Origin: Octopus vulgaris
Lineage: Eukaryota
DNA length: 64,000 nt
Direction of reading: 5' to 3'
Assembly (NCBI GenBank): GCA_951406725.2
Contig: OX597818.1
Coordinates: forward strand, 24,862,001 to 24,926,000
The notes beneath the pieces are model-generated. The model was not told the origin of the DNA and ran no database searches. It worked only from the letters and a program-made list of their open reading frames with translations. Every line of letters begins with the position of its first letter. Position 1 is the stretch's first letter. Below are positions 51,901 to 64,000 of this stretch, one piece after another. The position numbers and the translations under genes are program-made.

Positions 51901-54900
51901 GATGGAATCTTCATTTGAATTTGGTTTTAAAGTAATTATATATTCTAATTAATTTAAAGTAGGGAGATACCACCGAGCTAATGGGATTCCAATGTATTTT
52001 ATATCTATACTGTATGTATTGCAGTAATCATAAAATCATATTGCTGCTATTTCGAATGCGTGTGTGTGCGTAATTGTGTAATGCATGTGCTCTTGAATAA
52101 AGAAAATGATTATGCACTTATTGCCCAAGGAACTAGTTGGCTCAGCATTTTTCCATCACATTAAAATTTATACAACTACTTACATTACATTATGGTGTTG
52201 TCACATCATATTTAATGATTTTTTTTAGGATTCATATAGATTTTATTTTTTATCAATGTACCTCAAGCAAATGTACCTCTTATAATTTGCTGTAAAAGAA
52301 ACGGTTTAGAAAAGTAAAATATACTAAAGTTTAGAAATAATTTAAATGATTTCAAATAAAATCTATGAAATAACCAATCTTAAGATGTACTTAGCTTTCA
52401 TAAATAATTTTAATTTCCTTAATATCAGCCCTCGTTATTTAGAACAGGTGTTATTTATTTGTTAGCACATAGCATTTGATTTTGAGCTACTAGAAATAAA
52501 TTTGGGGGTGTTCTGACCGATAAAAGATGATGATGTGGTCATGAAAAGTTTTGTAAAGGACATAGTAAAAGTTGGCTTTGGAAGACCTGAAATGGTTTGG
52601 GTTAAAGTAAATGCTCAAAGAAAATAAAGAGTACACAAAACAGCATGCGATATGGAAACTAAGGACTAATTTGTGAGTGTATTCAGTAAAGTTTAAAATA
52701 TCATTTAACTCTTTAGTTAAGGAAACAACTTTAAGAAAGAGTGATATAGATTATATAAAGCTACAATTTTTTGCGTTTCTCCTGAATTTAGTAACAACTG
52801 AAGTATACTCTTAAATTCATAGTAGTAACCAAACATAGATAGAACATACTCTAATGTTAAACCTGTAGGTTTCAAAGTTAAAGGGATCAAAAGAAGCTGC
52901 AAATAACTCAATTATAAAACTGTGAACTAGATAGGTACTGAATTGAGAATTATAGGTATAAATTCTTGAGATAATTTTATCAAAAAAAGAGTAAGGTTGG
53001 TATGCAATATAATTACATGGTTGCAAAGTGAATTTCTTAATCAAACAGTCAAGCCTGCAACTCTGCACAACCATTTCTCTCTCTCTCCCCCTTTAGGCAT
53101 TTATATAGGGGTTTTTTTTTTTTTGCACAGTTAATCTTTATAGTTAAAAAAACTTGTCTTACTTTTATAATTAAAACAAAATTGTCCCAGAGATAATATT
53201 CAAGTTAGCAAAGGATGCATTTTAATAGTCTGAGTAGCCAAATAACCTGTAACATACTTAGTTACTGAGACATCACTGAGAACTTTCTCTTCAAGTAGTG
53301 GTTTAGTAGTTTTGCAGCATTTTCTTCATATTGACTCAGCATGGCTATTATTCAAATATTTGTCAGTTTTATTGTGATCATAGTTAAACTAGGCTGAGCT
53401 ATTGAGAATTTCATATTTTTAACCATGGATACACTTATGACAATTGGATATCAACTATTATATATTGAATATAAGCTGGTATTTTCACATTGCATCTGTA
53501 AATATTCTTTGAAATGTTTTCCCAGTCAACAGCTAAATATATGATTTATAATCAACAAGAATTTGTCTGTTATATTTCTAAGATTTCAATACGCTGATGT
53601 ATTGTTAAAATATAGAATCATTGAATTTATAAGAAATGGCATAGAAAATATGAAAGTATACCTACAGTTTTTTCTCATAAAAAAAAGAAACATGATCTTC
53701 AACTTTAGAATTCACTCACATTATTTTGTGACAATCTCTTTTTTTTTTTATTTGTTCACTTCAAACTTTATTTTATTCATACTTCAAGCCTTATTGTGTA
53801 ACTTATTGTTGTTGGAGGACATTAGAATACCTGAAAATGCTTCTGGGATTTTTACAATCTGGAATGATATTATCAAAAACCTGAAATGTTTATACACACT
53901 TAGGCTTGGAAATCAGGATAGTTACATGAGATTAATGTGCTTAATATTTTAATATTAATTTAGCTATTTATTGTAGAGATTTCTCAATTAAAAGAACTTA
54001 ACACCACTATCATCTGATCTTTGGGTTCCTTCAACTCTTTTCTTGTCCAAAACATTTTCATAAGTTTGTCTTAATAAACATCCATGCTTCATTTTCAGGC
54101 TTTTAGTTAACCCTTGTTTCATATATTGTGAGTAATATAAAGCTTTCTCTTCATAATTTCCAAGTTACACTGATGGTTGAAAAAATTTGGCATATGTATA
54201 AGATGATGTATAGATGCATGGAAAATATGTTGTGTATCACAATTGATACAGAGGATAGGCAAAGGGTCAAAAGATTATTTTTCTATGCAAATTTTCAAAT
54301 CAGGTCTTCAGTCTGCAAAGAGTCTTGTCTGCTGCCCTCTGCTCCCTGACTAAATTATAAAGCAAAGGCAATACCTTTAATGTAGTCTTGAAAATATTTT
54401 AGGATATCGTAACAAAGTGTACAATAATTTCTGTAGTGATTATGTGGTCATGATGGAAGATATAGTTTAACAGTGGACTATAGTTGCAGATGTTGGTAAA
54501 TGTAGGCATGCTTATTATGTGACTGGTTTTTACATGAATACAGTATAGAATGTGAGGAATGTGATAGAGAAAACATTGCATACATGTAAATAATGTTACA
54601 TTGTGCAACATACTTGAACTTAGAAAAGTTAGCAACTATTCAAAACTGAAATTTTTAATCAAGACTTTATGAGGCATTAATATCTGCAGTGATTAAGATG
54701 GTTTGGTCATCAAAGTTTATTATTAAAAAAAAGACGAAAAATTAATTTAGTAATCACAAAGAATGTGATATTTTCCTATATATTCTCAAGTAGAGGCTTA
54801 TCAATGAGGTTCTTTGTTGTGATGATATTTAAGTTTTGGTACTGTTTAATGTAACTGCAGTGCATATGTTATTTCTGGTACTCTATACTAATTAATTCAA

Positions 54901-55479
54901 ATGCTGCCAGTAAAGCTGACATCTTTTCAGAATTGTTGAATGAGTGCTAACATATTTAATACTGTGATCAACAAAAATTTCAATGAAATGAAATTAGTGT
55001 TGCTGCGAGAACAGGAAAACACAAGTTCACTGACCAATATTAAATGTAATCGCGTCAATATGAAGGGAGACAACTCTGACATTTTAATTACTGTTTGAAA
55101 ATGCATGCAACAGAAGATTAAATCGTTTGACGATTAAATTCAATCTGATCTTTGGTAAGCTCAGTAGCAACAATAGGCATGCTTCGGTTTTATTTCTAAC
55201 TCAGTAAAGCATAGACTTTTTAAAATTCTAGTGATTAAGAATCATTACAGACGTGCAAGAATTGTACTAAAGTTGATGCAACAACTTAATAACTGAAGGA
55301 TATTTTCAAGAGACACCTGTGCATGAAACATGCAGAATGTGTGCCGCTATGCCAAAATGCAAAATTTCTGCTTCAATTAGCTCCCAGGAGTCCCCAGTTT
55401 TGCAAAAAAAATTCACTTGTCTTTAATAAAAAAGAATAATGTGGGGAAATGATTGACAAAACCATTGTTTTATAATAAT

Positions 55480-55985
55480 GATGATGATGATGAACTTGTA
55501 TACAGTGCTCAGGTACACTACATTGGAGGAAGTGACCAAAATTGCATGAACAGTACATAGAATATACACAGGAAGTGAACAGTGAATAAGTCTTAAAAAA
55601 AAAACCGGCGGGTAGGGGACAGGCATCAAGTGTACTGTTGATGAAGTTCAGGAAACATGGAAGTTTTGAAGGATGTAGTGTCTTGACAGCTAACAACTGA
55701 TGCAGGTAATTTATTCCATGCTTCATCAATTGTGAGCATGTAAAAATTTTCTGAAAGTCATGGGTGCTGTATTGTTTTATTGCTTTTGTAAGCATATCCA
55801 TGAGTGTTAGATATATGGAATTCAAAAATGTACCCAAGATTGCTGGTGGATAATCTTGTGGGTTGCCAGGCATTGGAGCTTTAATGTATCCATGCCCAGG
55901 AAAGCAGGATGTTCACAGTAAAATAGATGCCTGACAGTGGCTATTCATCTAGTTGCACATTTTTGAACAGTTCCCAGGAGACTGA
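55480..55985 (-). mobile_element. CR1-clade LINE 3' end
   Basis: Reverse-complement homolog of 20830-21270. Confidence 0.75.
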
Positions 55986-55997
55986 TATACTTATTAC

Positions 55998-56225
55998 ATG
56001 AGCTGGTAGAAACGTTAGCACGCCAAGCGAAATGCGTAGCTGTATTTCGTCTGCCGTTACGTTCTGAGTTCAAAATCTACCGAGGTTGACTTTGCCTTTC
56101 ATCCTTTCGGGGTCGATAAATCAAGTACCAGTTACGCACTGGAGTCGATGTAATCAACTTAATCCATTTGTCTGTCCTTGTTTGTCCCCTCTGTGTTTAG
56201 CTCCTTGTGGGTAGTAAAGAAATAT
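55998..56225 (+). mobile_element. Nin/Deu-domain-like SINE, young copy
   Basis: GAGCTGGTAGAAACGTTAGCACG..GTTCAAA..GCCTTTCATCCTTTCGGGGTCGATAAA. Confidence 0.8.
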
Positions 56226-58249
56226 ATACTTATTACATGACTTTTCAACATACTGACTTATAATAGTATTCATTTCAGAATAGTGCTGTTTCGCTTAACT
56301 AAGACCAATTTGTTCAACTTCATGAGATACCAATTTCATGACATTACAAACATTACCAAAGCTTTGCTATATTTACTACCTATTTGAATAAAGACTACAT
56401 GCAAAGCATAATGAAATGTCTTGACAAACTTGATCTTCACACTATAATCACATAGTAGCTGAATAAGTTTTTAGAGTTAGCTTTTTTCATTTATTCTTAA
56501 GACTATACCATTGCTTGCTTTACTCATACTATAAAGTGTATTATCAAAAGTGCAAAACTTTCTACTTCTCTTAGTTGTGCTATTTTAGCTCATGTTTATT
56601 CATCCCATTAGCTACTACAATGCATATGCTCCATCTAAAGTTTTTCTACTTCCATTGTTTGTTTCAACATTTTTCTCTTTATACATTGAAAGAAAAGCCT
56701 CCCACCCTACCATTCTTTTTTTCTTTTGAAGACTTATTTACTGTTCACTTCTTGTACATATTCTATGTACTGTTCATGCAGCTTTGGTTACTTTTTTGTA
56801 GTGCGGCTGTGATCTGTATATAATAAATTCATTATTACTATTATTATTATTATGGAATCAAAATTTTAAATATTAAATATTAAATATTAAATCAAAATCA
56901 TTATTTGAAAATTGCAGTTTTTTAATAGATTCTGTCATAAGAAATATGTCAGCATGTATAAGTTCCTATGAGCATTTAATTCTGAAATCTTGTATAATTA
57001 CATATAGAAATCAGACACAAAGAAGAGATCCTTTATATTCATGTATTTATTAAACTCCAAACTGAATTCATCACTCAATTTATAATTAGCTCCAATGATC
57101 AGCCTTGAATGTGGAATATGTAATCATAATGAAAGATCCTCTAAGGTTATAAATAATTTCTTATTGTCTTAGGTTACATGGAACTTAACAAGCTATAACT
57201 TTTTTTTTATCTTTGTTCTTTGCCAGTTAGGTTTACCTTTTCAGTGCAGTATTTAATTTATTCTGTTTAAATCAACAGCAAATTAACAGACAATGTATCA
57301 AATTTTGTTTTGCGGGATTCTTCAAATAATATATTTGTGTTCAATATTTTGAAGTCATCTAATAATAAAATTAGTTATTAAAATTACATACAATTATATA
57401 AAATAATAGCAGAATTTAGATTCTATTATTTGCTTTCATAAATCTGGTGCTTATCTCTTCGATATTTCTGTAATATAGAATGGATGAGGGACAAATTTCC
57501 TACTGAATAAGATACAAGTCTAACAAGAATAATTTTTCTCAGCCACAGATGCATCAGTTTTGACCGTTTTCTAGTTACCTGTAATGGTGATTTATACCCA
57601 TCTCCAACAAAGTAACCAATGAAATATGAAGCAAATATATAATCATATAAATATGCGTTTAGTTTGCTGTGAAGTTAACCCATGAGATCTTTTTCAAGAT
57701 TGGGTATGATGCTATTTATTTTTGTTTATACAGTATAGGTGCTCTGGTTATTAAAATGTTAAGCTCTAAATGTCTTAACAAAGGACATATTTCCTGCCAA
57801 CAAGAAAATACAGATAGCTGGCAAGCTGCTCGACCTGCAATAAAAAGTAGTCAAATGACATTCAAATCAGACTCTGCCACCTAAGGGTCACATTAAATCC
57901 TATAGTGCTTGAATACTTTTCAAAAACAAGCGAGTCAAAGCTGAATTGACAGCTAAATTACCACCAACAACTTCAACAAAACAGTCAAATACTCTGCTAG
58001 TTATTCAATAACTTTACCCCTTGCCCTTCAGGGCATATACTAAATTCTTTATACTAATTTGACTGTTTCAAAATGTCAAGCTGCATTAAACATAAATTGT
58101 AGTTCAAGGGAGATAACAGTTACTCTTTACATTCGGTTACTCGTGAATTATTTTACATGAGAAAATTGGCTTCTTAACTTATTTTCTTCTCGAACAGTTA
58201 AAGGATAGCAGCCTAAGACTGATACTAAAAATATTAAATAGCCAATCAA

Positions 58250-58500
58250 AAAGCACTCATGCTGGTGCCATGCAAAAAGAACTCAGGCTGCCGCCACATA
58301 AAAAGCACCTGTGCTTGTGTCACATAAAAAGCTCCTGTGTTGATGCCACATTGAAAGCACCCATATAAAGTGGTTGGTGTTAGGAAAAGCATCTAGCAGT
58401 AGAAATCATGCAAAAAAGTGGAGCCTGGTGCAGCTCCTGTCAAACAGTCCAACCCATGCTAGCATGGAAAACAGACATTAAATGATGATGATGAGGAGGA
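58250..58500 (+). mobile_element. RTE-tail repeat
   Basis: AAAAGCACC subrepeats and CCATGCTAGCATGG..(GAT)n tail. Confidence 0.7.
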
Positions 58501-58944
58501 GGATTCTTAACTAAATACAATGTCCATTTTTGATTCATCCACACTTGCTTTTTGTAGATATTAATACTTCATTCCTGTTCAAAATTAAATGTAGAGTTAT
58601 GATGATCAGCTGGTCAAGATATTCTACCGCCTGTTTATATGTTGCAAATTCAGATTCATTGCACATGTTTTGTTATCTTTCTGGCCAGGAGATTTTATTC
58701 CATACTGTCTCAGTTGATCTAGATATTGGGCATATATTCCAGATTACCTGGAGTTGTAAATTGTGATAGTTCAGCATGTTATCTCAGGGATGATTCAGAC
58801 TCCAAGAAGCTTTTGGGAATGAAAAGCAATTAACAATTTTCATTTTATTTTGATATCTGAAATATAGAATTTAAGTTAAATAAATATCAATAAAAATTAA
58901 AATTTTGCCTAAACACCATAAAATGTTTTCTCTACACATTTCTA

Positions 58945-59132
58945 CAGTGGTTCTCAACCTTTTACCGTTGCTACCTATTTTAGCAAATCAACAGTTCTGT
59001 GTCCAAATGTATGTATTTATTTGTAAAATTTTTGCTTGCAGTTGTGTTATGACTTGTTGTATAATGAACATTTACACCGTGATGTATATTTGCCATTTAA
59101 ATATGGCTAACCCCTAAGGGTTGATGCTACTG
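58945..59132. mobile_element. Charlie-like hAT MITE
   Basis: CAGTGGTTCTCAACC ... GGTTGATGCTACTG; no clear TSD. Confidence 0.55.
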
Positions 59133-59949
59133 TAGTTTGTAGCCCCTACATGTTATCAAATATTACAAGGTATAATTTTCTCTCTGCAACTCTTTCAAAC
59201 TTAGATTACAACCAAATTTCAGAAAATCTGGGAAAATTATTTTATATGCTCAGATATAATTCAAAAGCATTTCAAACAAATGCACACACAGAGAATACGA
59301 TAATGAGATGAGATGCAGTGACATCACAAACTTTGTTGCGCCTTAACATTTGCTCCTTCTCCCCCTCTACATTCGTGTTTAAATTTCCACTCTGTTCTCT
59401 TTATCTCTTCCAGGTATTTCTCCCTGTCGCCATTTCTGCCTATCTCTTTTTCTCCCTTACTTCCTCTCCCTCTCCATCTTTCTCTAGTCAAGTTACTTCC
59501 CTTAGCGTTATTCAAAAGACATGTAGATAAGAGCGAACTGTAGTATTGATATATATCTGTTCCACAATTGAGTACGAATATATTTAAAAAGAAATTATCC
59601 AGAGTTATTTCCCTTACGTTTTGTTTATAAAAATATTGTCAAAATAGATCTTTCTTTCGATACATCGAAGTCAATCCTCCTTGTAATCAGTCTCAATTTA
59701 ACTGTAAATGTTGAAGTCTCCTTTGCCTTTGGTAAATTCAACCTAATTTTAGCAAGTGATTTTGACACGACAACAAAGTCTTAGAAAATACTTCTTTGAG
59801 AAATAAAGTATTAAAATTATGTATGTATTGACATAAAGTCTAAATTTTCTATATAAATGTATCATGATACACATTTAACTTATACAATTATAATTGACGA
59901 AATCCTATCTTCGTTTTTTTCACAATGATTTTATATTTTTTTGGCACCT

Positions 59950-60285
59950 AGCTATGTGATAAGAAGTTTTCTTCCTGACCACATGGTTCCAGGTTCAGTA
60001 CCATTGCCTGGCACCTTGGGCAAGTGTCTTCTACAATAGCCTCAGGCCAACCAAAACTTTGTGAGTGGATTTGGTGGATGGAAACTGAAAGAAACCCATC
60101 GTATGTACATATATGTATGTATGTGTATGTGTGTGTGTGTGTCTTCATGTGTATGTCTTTGTGTCTGTGTTTATCCCCCACCACTGCTTGACAACTGGTG
60201 CTGATGTGTTTACATCCTTGTAACCTAGTGGTTTGGCAAAACGAGATCGATAGAATAAGTACTAGGCTTAAAAAAAGTAACTGTT
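59950..60285 (+). mobile_element. SINE
   Basis: tRNA-like head, CACCTTGGGCAAGTGTC core, internal (GT)n. Confidence 0.75.
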
Positions 60286-60289
60286 TTAG

Positions 60290-63200
60290 CAAGGTTTTCA
60301 TGGTTGGATGTCCTTCCTAATGCTAACCACTTTACAAAGTGGACTAGGTGCTTTTTACATGGCACTAGCACCAGTGAGGTCTGCTTTAGCATGGCTTTTA
60401 TGGCTTGATGCCCTTCTTATGCCAACCACTTTACAAAGTGAACTGGATGCTTTTTGTGTGGTTCTAGCAGCAGTGAGGTCACCAAGTAACTTGCAAGTCA
60501 AAGATCCTTTGAGAGGATGTTGGTATTTGAGGAGGTGGCTTTGTGCCAAGTGATGAGAGGTTAGAGTATGACAGTGGGACGGAAGCAGGTGTCTTGATGT
60601 AGAGGAGATACATGGTTACCCCAGTCAGAAGGAAAGAGAGAGAGGGGGGGAGTGATGATATGCCAGGGCACACTCAAGGTACAATGATGTGAATATAAAT
60701 GGGATGGTAGAGGATTACTCAGAGTGTGTTAATAGGGAGTTTGTGTGAATGCAAAAAGAGAGATTGGGGAAATGCAGTGACTGGTGAAGCCTGGGTATAC
60801 AGGGAGAATGACAGGATAGCAATGATATAGTTGGCAGGGCAGGTACGACATGATTGAACTGCAGGAGCAGGGAGGGAGAGATAAGTGTAGTGCATGAAGA
60901 AGGGGAGATGTAAGGAAGAGGAGACATAGTTTGGTTTATTGGGTTAGGGGGTATGAAAAATTTAATGATACATGTGGGTAGAACACACAGTGCTTCAGGA
61001 ACTCAGTTTCACTGAGATGGGCAGGTCTTCTCAAGAACTTCATATCACTTGACATCTTGGTCTGTTGTCATCTCTTGCATGAAGCCCAACATCTTGAGAT
61101 TGGTCCTTCATCTCATGTCTTCCTGGGTCTCCCTCTTCTACAGATGCTATCCACTTTAAGCAATTGACATTTCGTTATACAGCTGTCTTCATTCATACAT
61201 ATCACATGTCCAAACCAACATAGTCTTCACTCTTGCATGCTGCATCTGGTTCCTCTTATACCAAAATTTTCTCTCAGCACTTTGTCATACATGCACACTG
61301 CCGTTGCATACCAGCTTCATCCCTCTCAGGTCTACACATGTTTTCTGCATTTAAGGCCACATCTCATTACAATGGAGTTTAGCAGTTTTTACACAAACAT
61401 CATAAAATCTGTCTTCCACTCTGAGAAAGAGTCCTTTTGTTGCCAACAGAGGTAATAACTCTCTGAATTTCCTCCATCCTATTCTTATTCTAGCAACAAT
61501 ACTTTTAGAACCTCCTCCATCACTGCTAATTTGGTCACGTAGGTAACAGAAACTATCAACAACCTCCTGTACATCTGCCACATACAAAGACGACTTTCTC
61601 TGTTAACCTGCATGTGATTCCACAGCACCTCTTATGAGCCTGTAGGTTGCACTGGGTGCAACCAATGGAATTTGTTTCCAACACCTTTCCTGCATACTGC
61701 CTTACATCTAGTTTCTGTTCCTAAACAGTTGAGCTATCTCTCTATATAACTTTCTGTAGTTGTATCTATCTGACGGAAAGAGAGTCTTATTTGCTTTCTT
61801 ACTAACAACAACTTTATTCTTCACTATATTCTACTATAAGAGCAAGGTCATCATAGTAGTTCCCATGGACAGCCACTTTTAAATTCCTCTAGACTACAAA
61901 TTCTTATGACTACAAAATGGAATATTTACTGTCAAAATAACTAAAACATGCCTAGAGGACTATGATGAATAAGAGGGACTAAAAACTGAGCCCTGGTAAA
62001 CGCCTACTTGTTTATTAAATAACAGAGCAAGGAACTCTGTCAAAAGCTCTCTCCAGGTCAACAAAAACCAAGTACAATGGTTTACTTTTGGCCAGATACT
62101 TCTCATGCAGCTGTCTCACTAGGAAAATGGCATCTGTGGAACACTTCCCGGTTACAAAACCAAACTGCATCTCATCTGGTTTAATTATATTCCTAAATAG
62201 TTGAGCTATAACTCTCTCCATAACTTTTTGACCTGGTCCAACAGTTTGATACCTCTGTAATAGTTTCTGTCTAAGGCATCACCTTTACCCTTGTAGCAGC
62301 TAACTATATTACTACTGCATAAGTCATTGGGGATGAGGCCCACCTGGATAACCAGATTAACTATATGAGTATCATATTCTACCAGATATTTTAAGCATCA
62401 CAGTGGTGATTCCTGGTTGGCCAGGAGCTTTTTCTCTCTTCATATCCTTAATTGCCTTATCTATCATAATGCTGTCAAATCTCATGACTGGTTTCTCAGT
62501 TGGCTCTGTATTTGAAAGACTTTCCTTCTCTCATGCATTTTCCACACTTAGCAATCTTACATGGTGGTACTTCCATGCATCTTTCTTCTCTGAATCCCTA
62601 AGTGCAAGCATACCATTATCCATTCATACACAGTTCTCATCCACGACATCTCTATTCTCTCTGCTTTGCAATCCTCATGCTGTAGGACATTAGCAAATCT
62701 ACTACTTTCTATTTTTCTTTTTGTTATGTAAACCAAACTTCCTTCTGGTTACTCGATATAATTCTCTGCTTCCACCATTTTTCAGTCTTTCCAGACCTGT
62801 CTTTTTTTTTCTATAGCACTGTCTACCTGCTTGTTCCACCACCACCACATCACCCTTGGCTAGGCTGAAACTTTGCACTAGCCACAGACTTGGTCTGAAG
62901 CCTGCAGTAGGAGTTGAGCAGGAACTTCCAATTGTTCTCTAAGCTATATGCCTCCAACTCTTCCTCTTTCACACCAGAAGCTTCCATAAGTATATCTCAG
63001 AATTTTTGTTGGTTTGTTGAGTCTTTGAGTTTCTCTAACCTTCTTCTCCAGGCTGGTTTATTTCTCTGAATCCTTCTAGCTCTAACTCTGAAGTCACTGA
63101 TTAGTAACCTACGCATTTTTGAACATATGTCTATCTAGTTATGTTTCAAATATGTTATTAAAAAAATAAGTAGATATGAAAGCTTTTAATTATTATTTTG

Positions 63201-64000
63201 ATATTAAATCAAGCAAAAGCACTTTTTTGTTACAATAATAAAAGAAAAATCAATTCACTGAGAACTATTGCTTCAAATTTTGGCTCAAGGCCAACAATTT
63301 TTCAGGAGGGGGCTTGTTAATTACATTGACCCCATTGCTCAACCTGTACTTATTTTGTCAAGCCTGGATAGATGAAAAGCAAAGTTGATCTCTGAACTCA
63401 GAACATTTAGAGCCAGAAGAAATGTGCCCACCAGACTGATAAGTGATCAAGTAGCTGGTTGGATTCCTGAAATGAGGTTAGTGTTGCAGATCATCAAATC
63501 ATTTGCATTTCAGAACTCCAGAAGCCTCCTCATTCCCTCCTCATTCATAGAGCCAAAGCCATAACATCTATGCACACTATGGAATCCATGGTAGTGCTGT
63601 CTGACATGTCTATTGAAGTCATCAGCCACAATATCCAAGCCTGTCATTTGTCTTTGAGGTAGTTTGCAAAAAATCTCATGAAATTGTTCCTTCTGGTTAT
63701 CCATCAGCCCAGGCCGTGAAGTATAGGAGAGATAAAGGTAACTGTTAATTCATCTAAGATCAGCTTAACTACCCTATCACATACTCTGACTACCTCAATT
63801 ACCTTATCAACCCATTTTACTACTAAAAGTATGCATATACCACTCACCCCATCAGAAGTATTTGAACTTGTGTTTCTTACCCATGAAGAATCTAGCAGAG
63901 GCTCCCCTCCATCTTAAAGACCATACATCTTGCAAACCACACATGTCTCTATGCTGTTGCTTCAGCAATTCAATAGAAGTGGCTACAAAGATGGAGGCTA
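60290..64000 (-). mobile_element. Near full-length decayed RTE LINE (APE endonuclease + RT), with a SINE/AT-rich insert near 63110-63420
   Basis: DFNRHV..YGFGSMNEEG.RLLEF (endonuclease); MQFGFVTGKCSTDAIF..FVDLERAFDRVP; VDSFCYLRDQIS; GA-rich UTR. Confidence 0.9.

Noticed and set aside
52700-59600. Many 60-130 aa ORFs in the track
   Set aside because: Low-complexity F/L/I/Y-rich translations of AT-rich DNA, often with non-ATG starts and no motifs.

Overview
AT-rich, repeat-dense animal genomic DNA. The SINE/RTE/mariner complement and (TA)n/(GAT)n microsatellites look like a coleoid cephalopod, probably Octopus (inference). The only host coding sequence I can support is the first coding exon of a GSK-3 beta/shaggy kinase on the minus strand (49316-49409, MSGRPRTTSFAE...). 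It lies in a CpG-richer, transposon-poor promoter region. I found no second exon, so 1-49315 appears to be a first intron of over 49 kb. That intron holds decayed hAT (Buster), piggyBac, mariner/Tc1, RTE, CR1, R4/Dong elements, SINEs and MITEs. The most notable signal is three unrelated inverted-repeat elements in the intron (15.5, 36.5 and 37.6-38.6 kb). Each carries a minimal type I hammerhead-ribozyme motif with a palindromic stem III, as in Penelope-like elements; one is a G3-C8 covariant. Also seen: an inverted repeat whose arms carry splice sites that would splice into a hairpin, a uORF overlapping the GSK-3 start codon, and a candidate divergent spliced transcript. Boundaries of decayed repeats are approximate.
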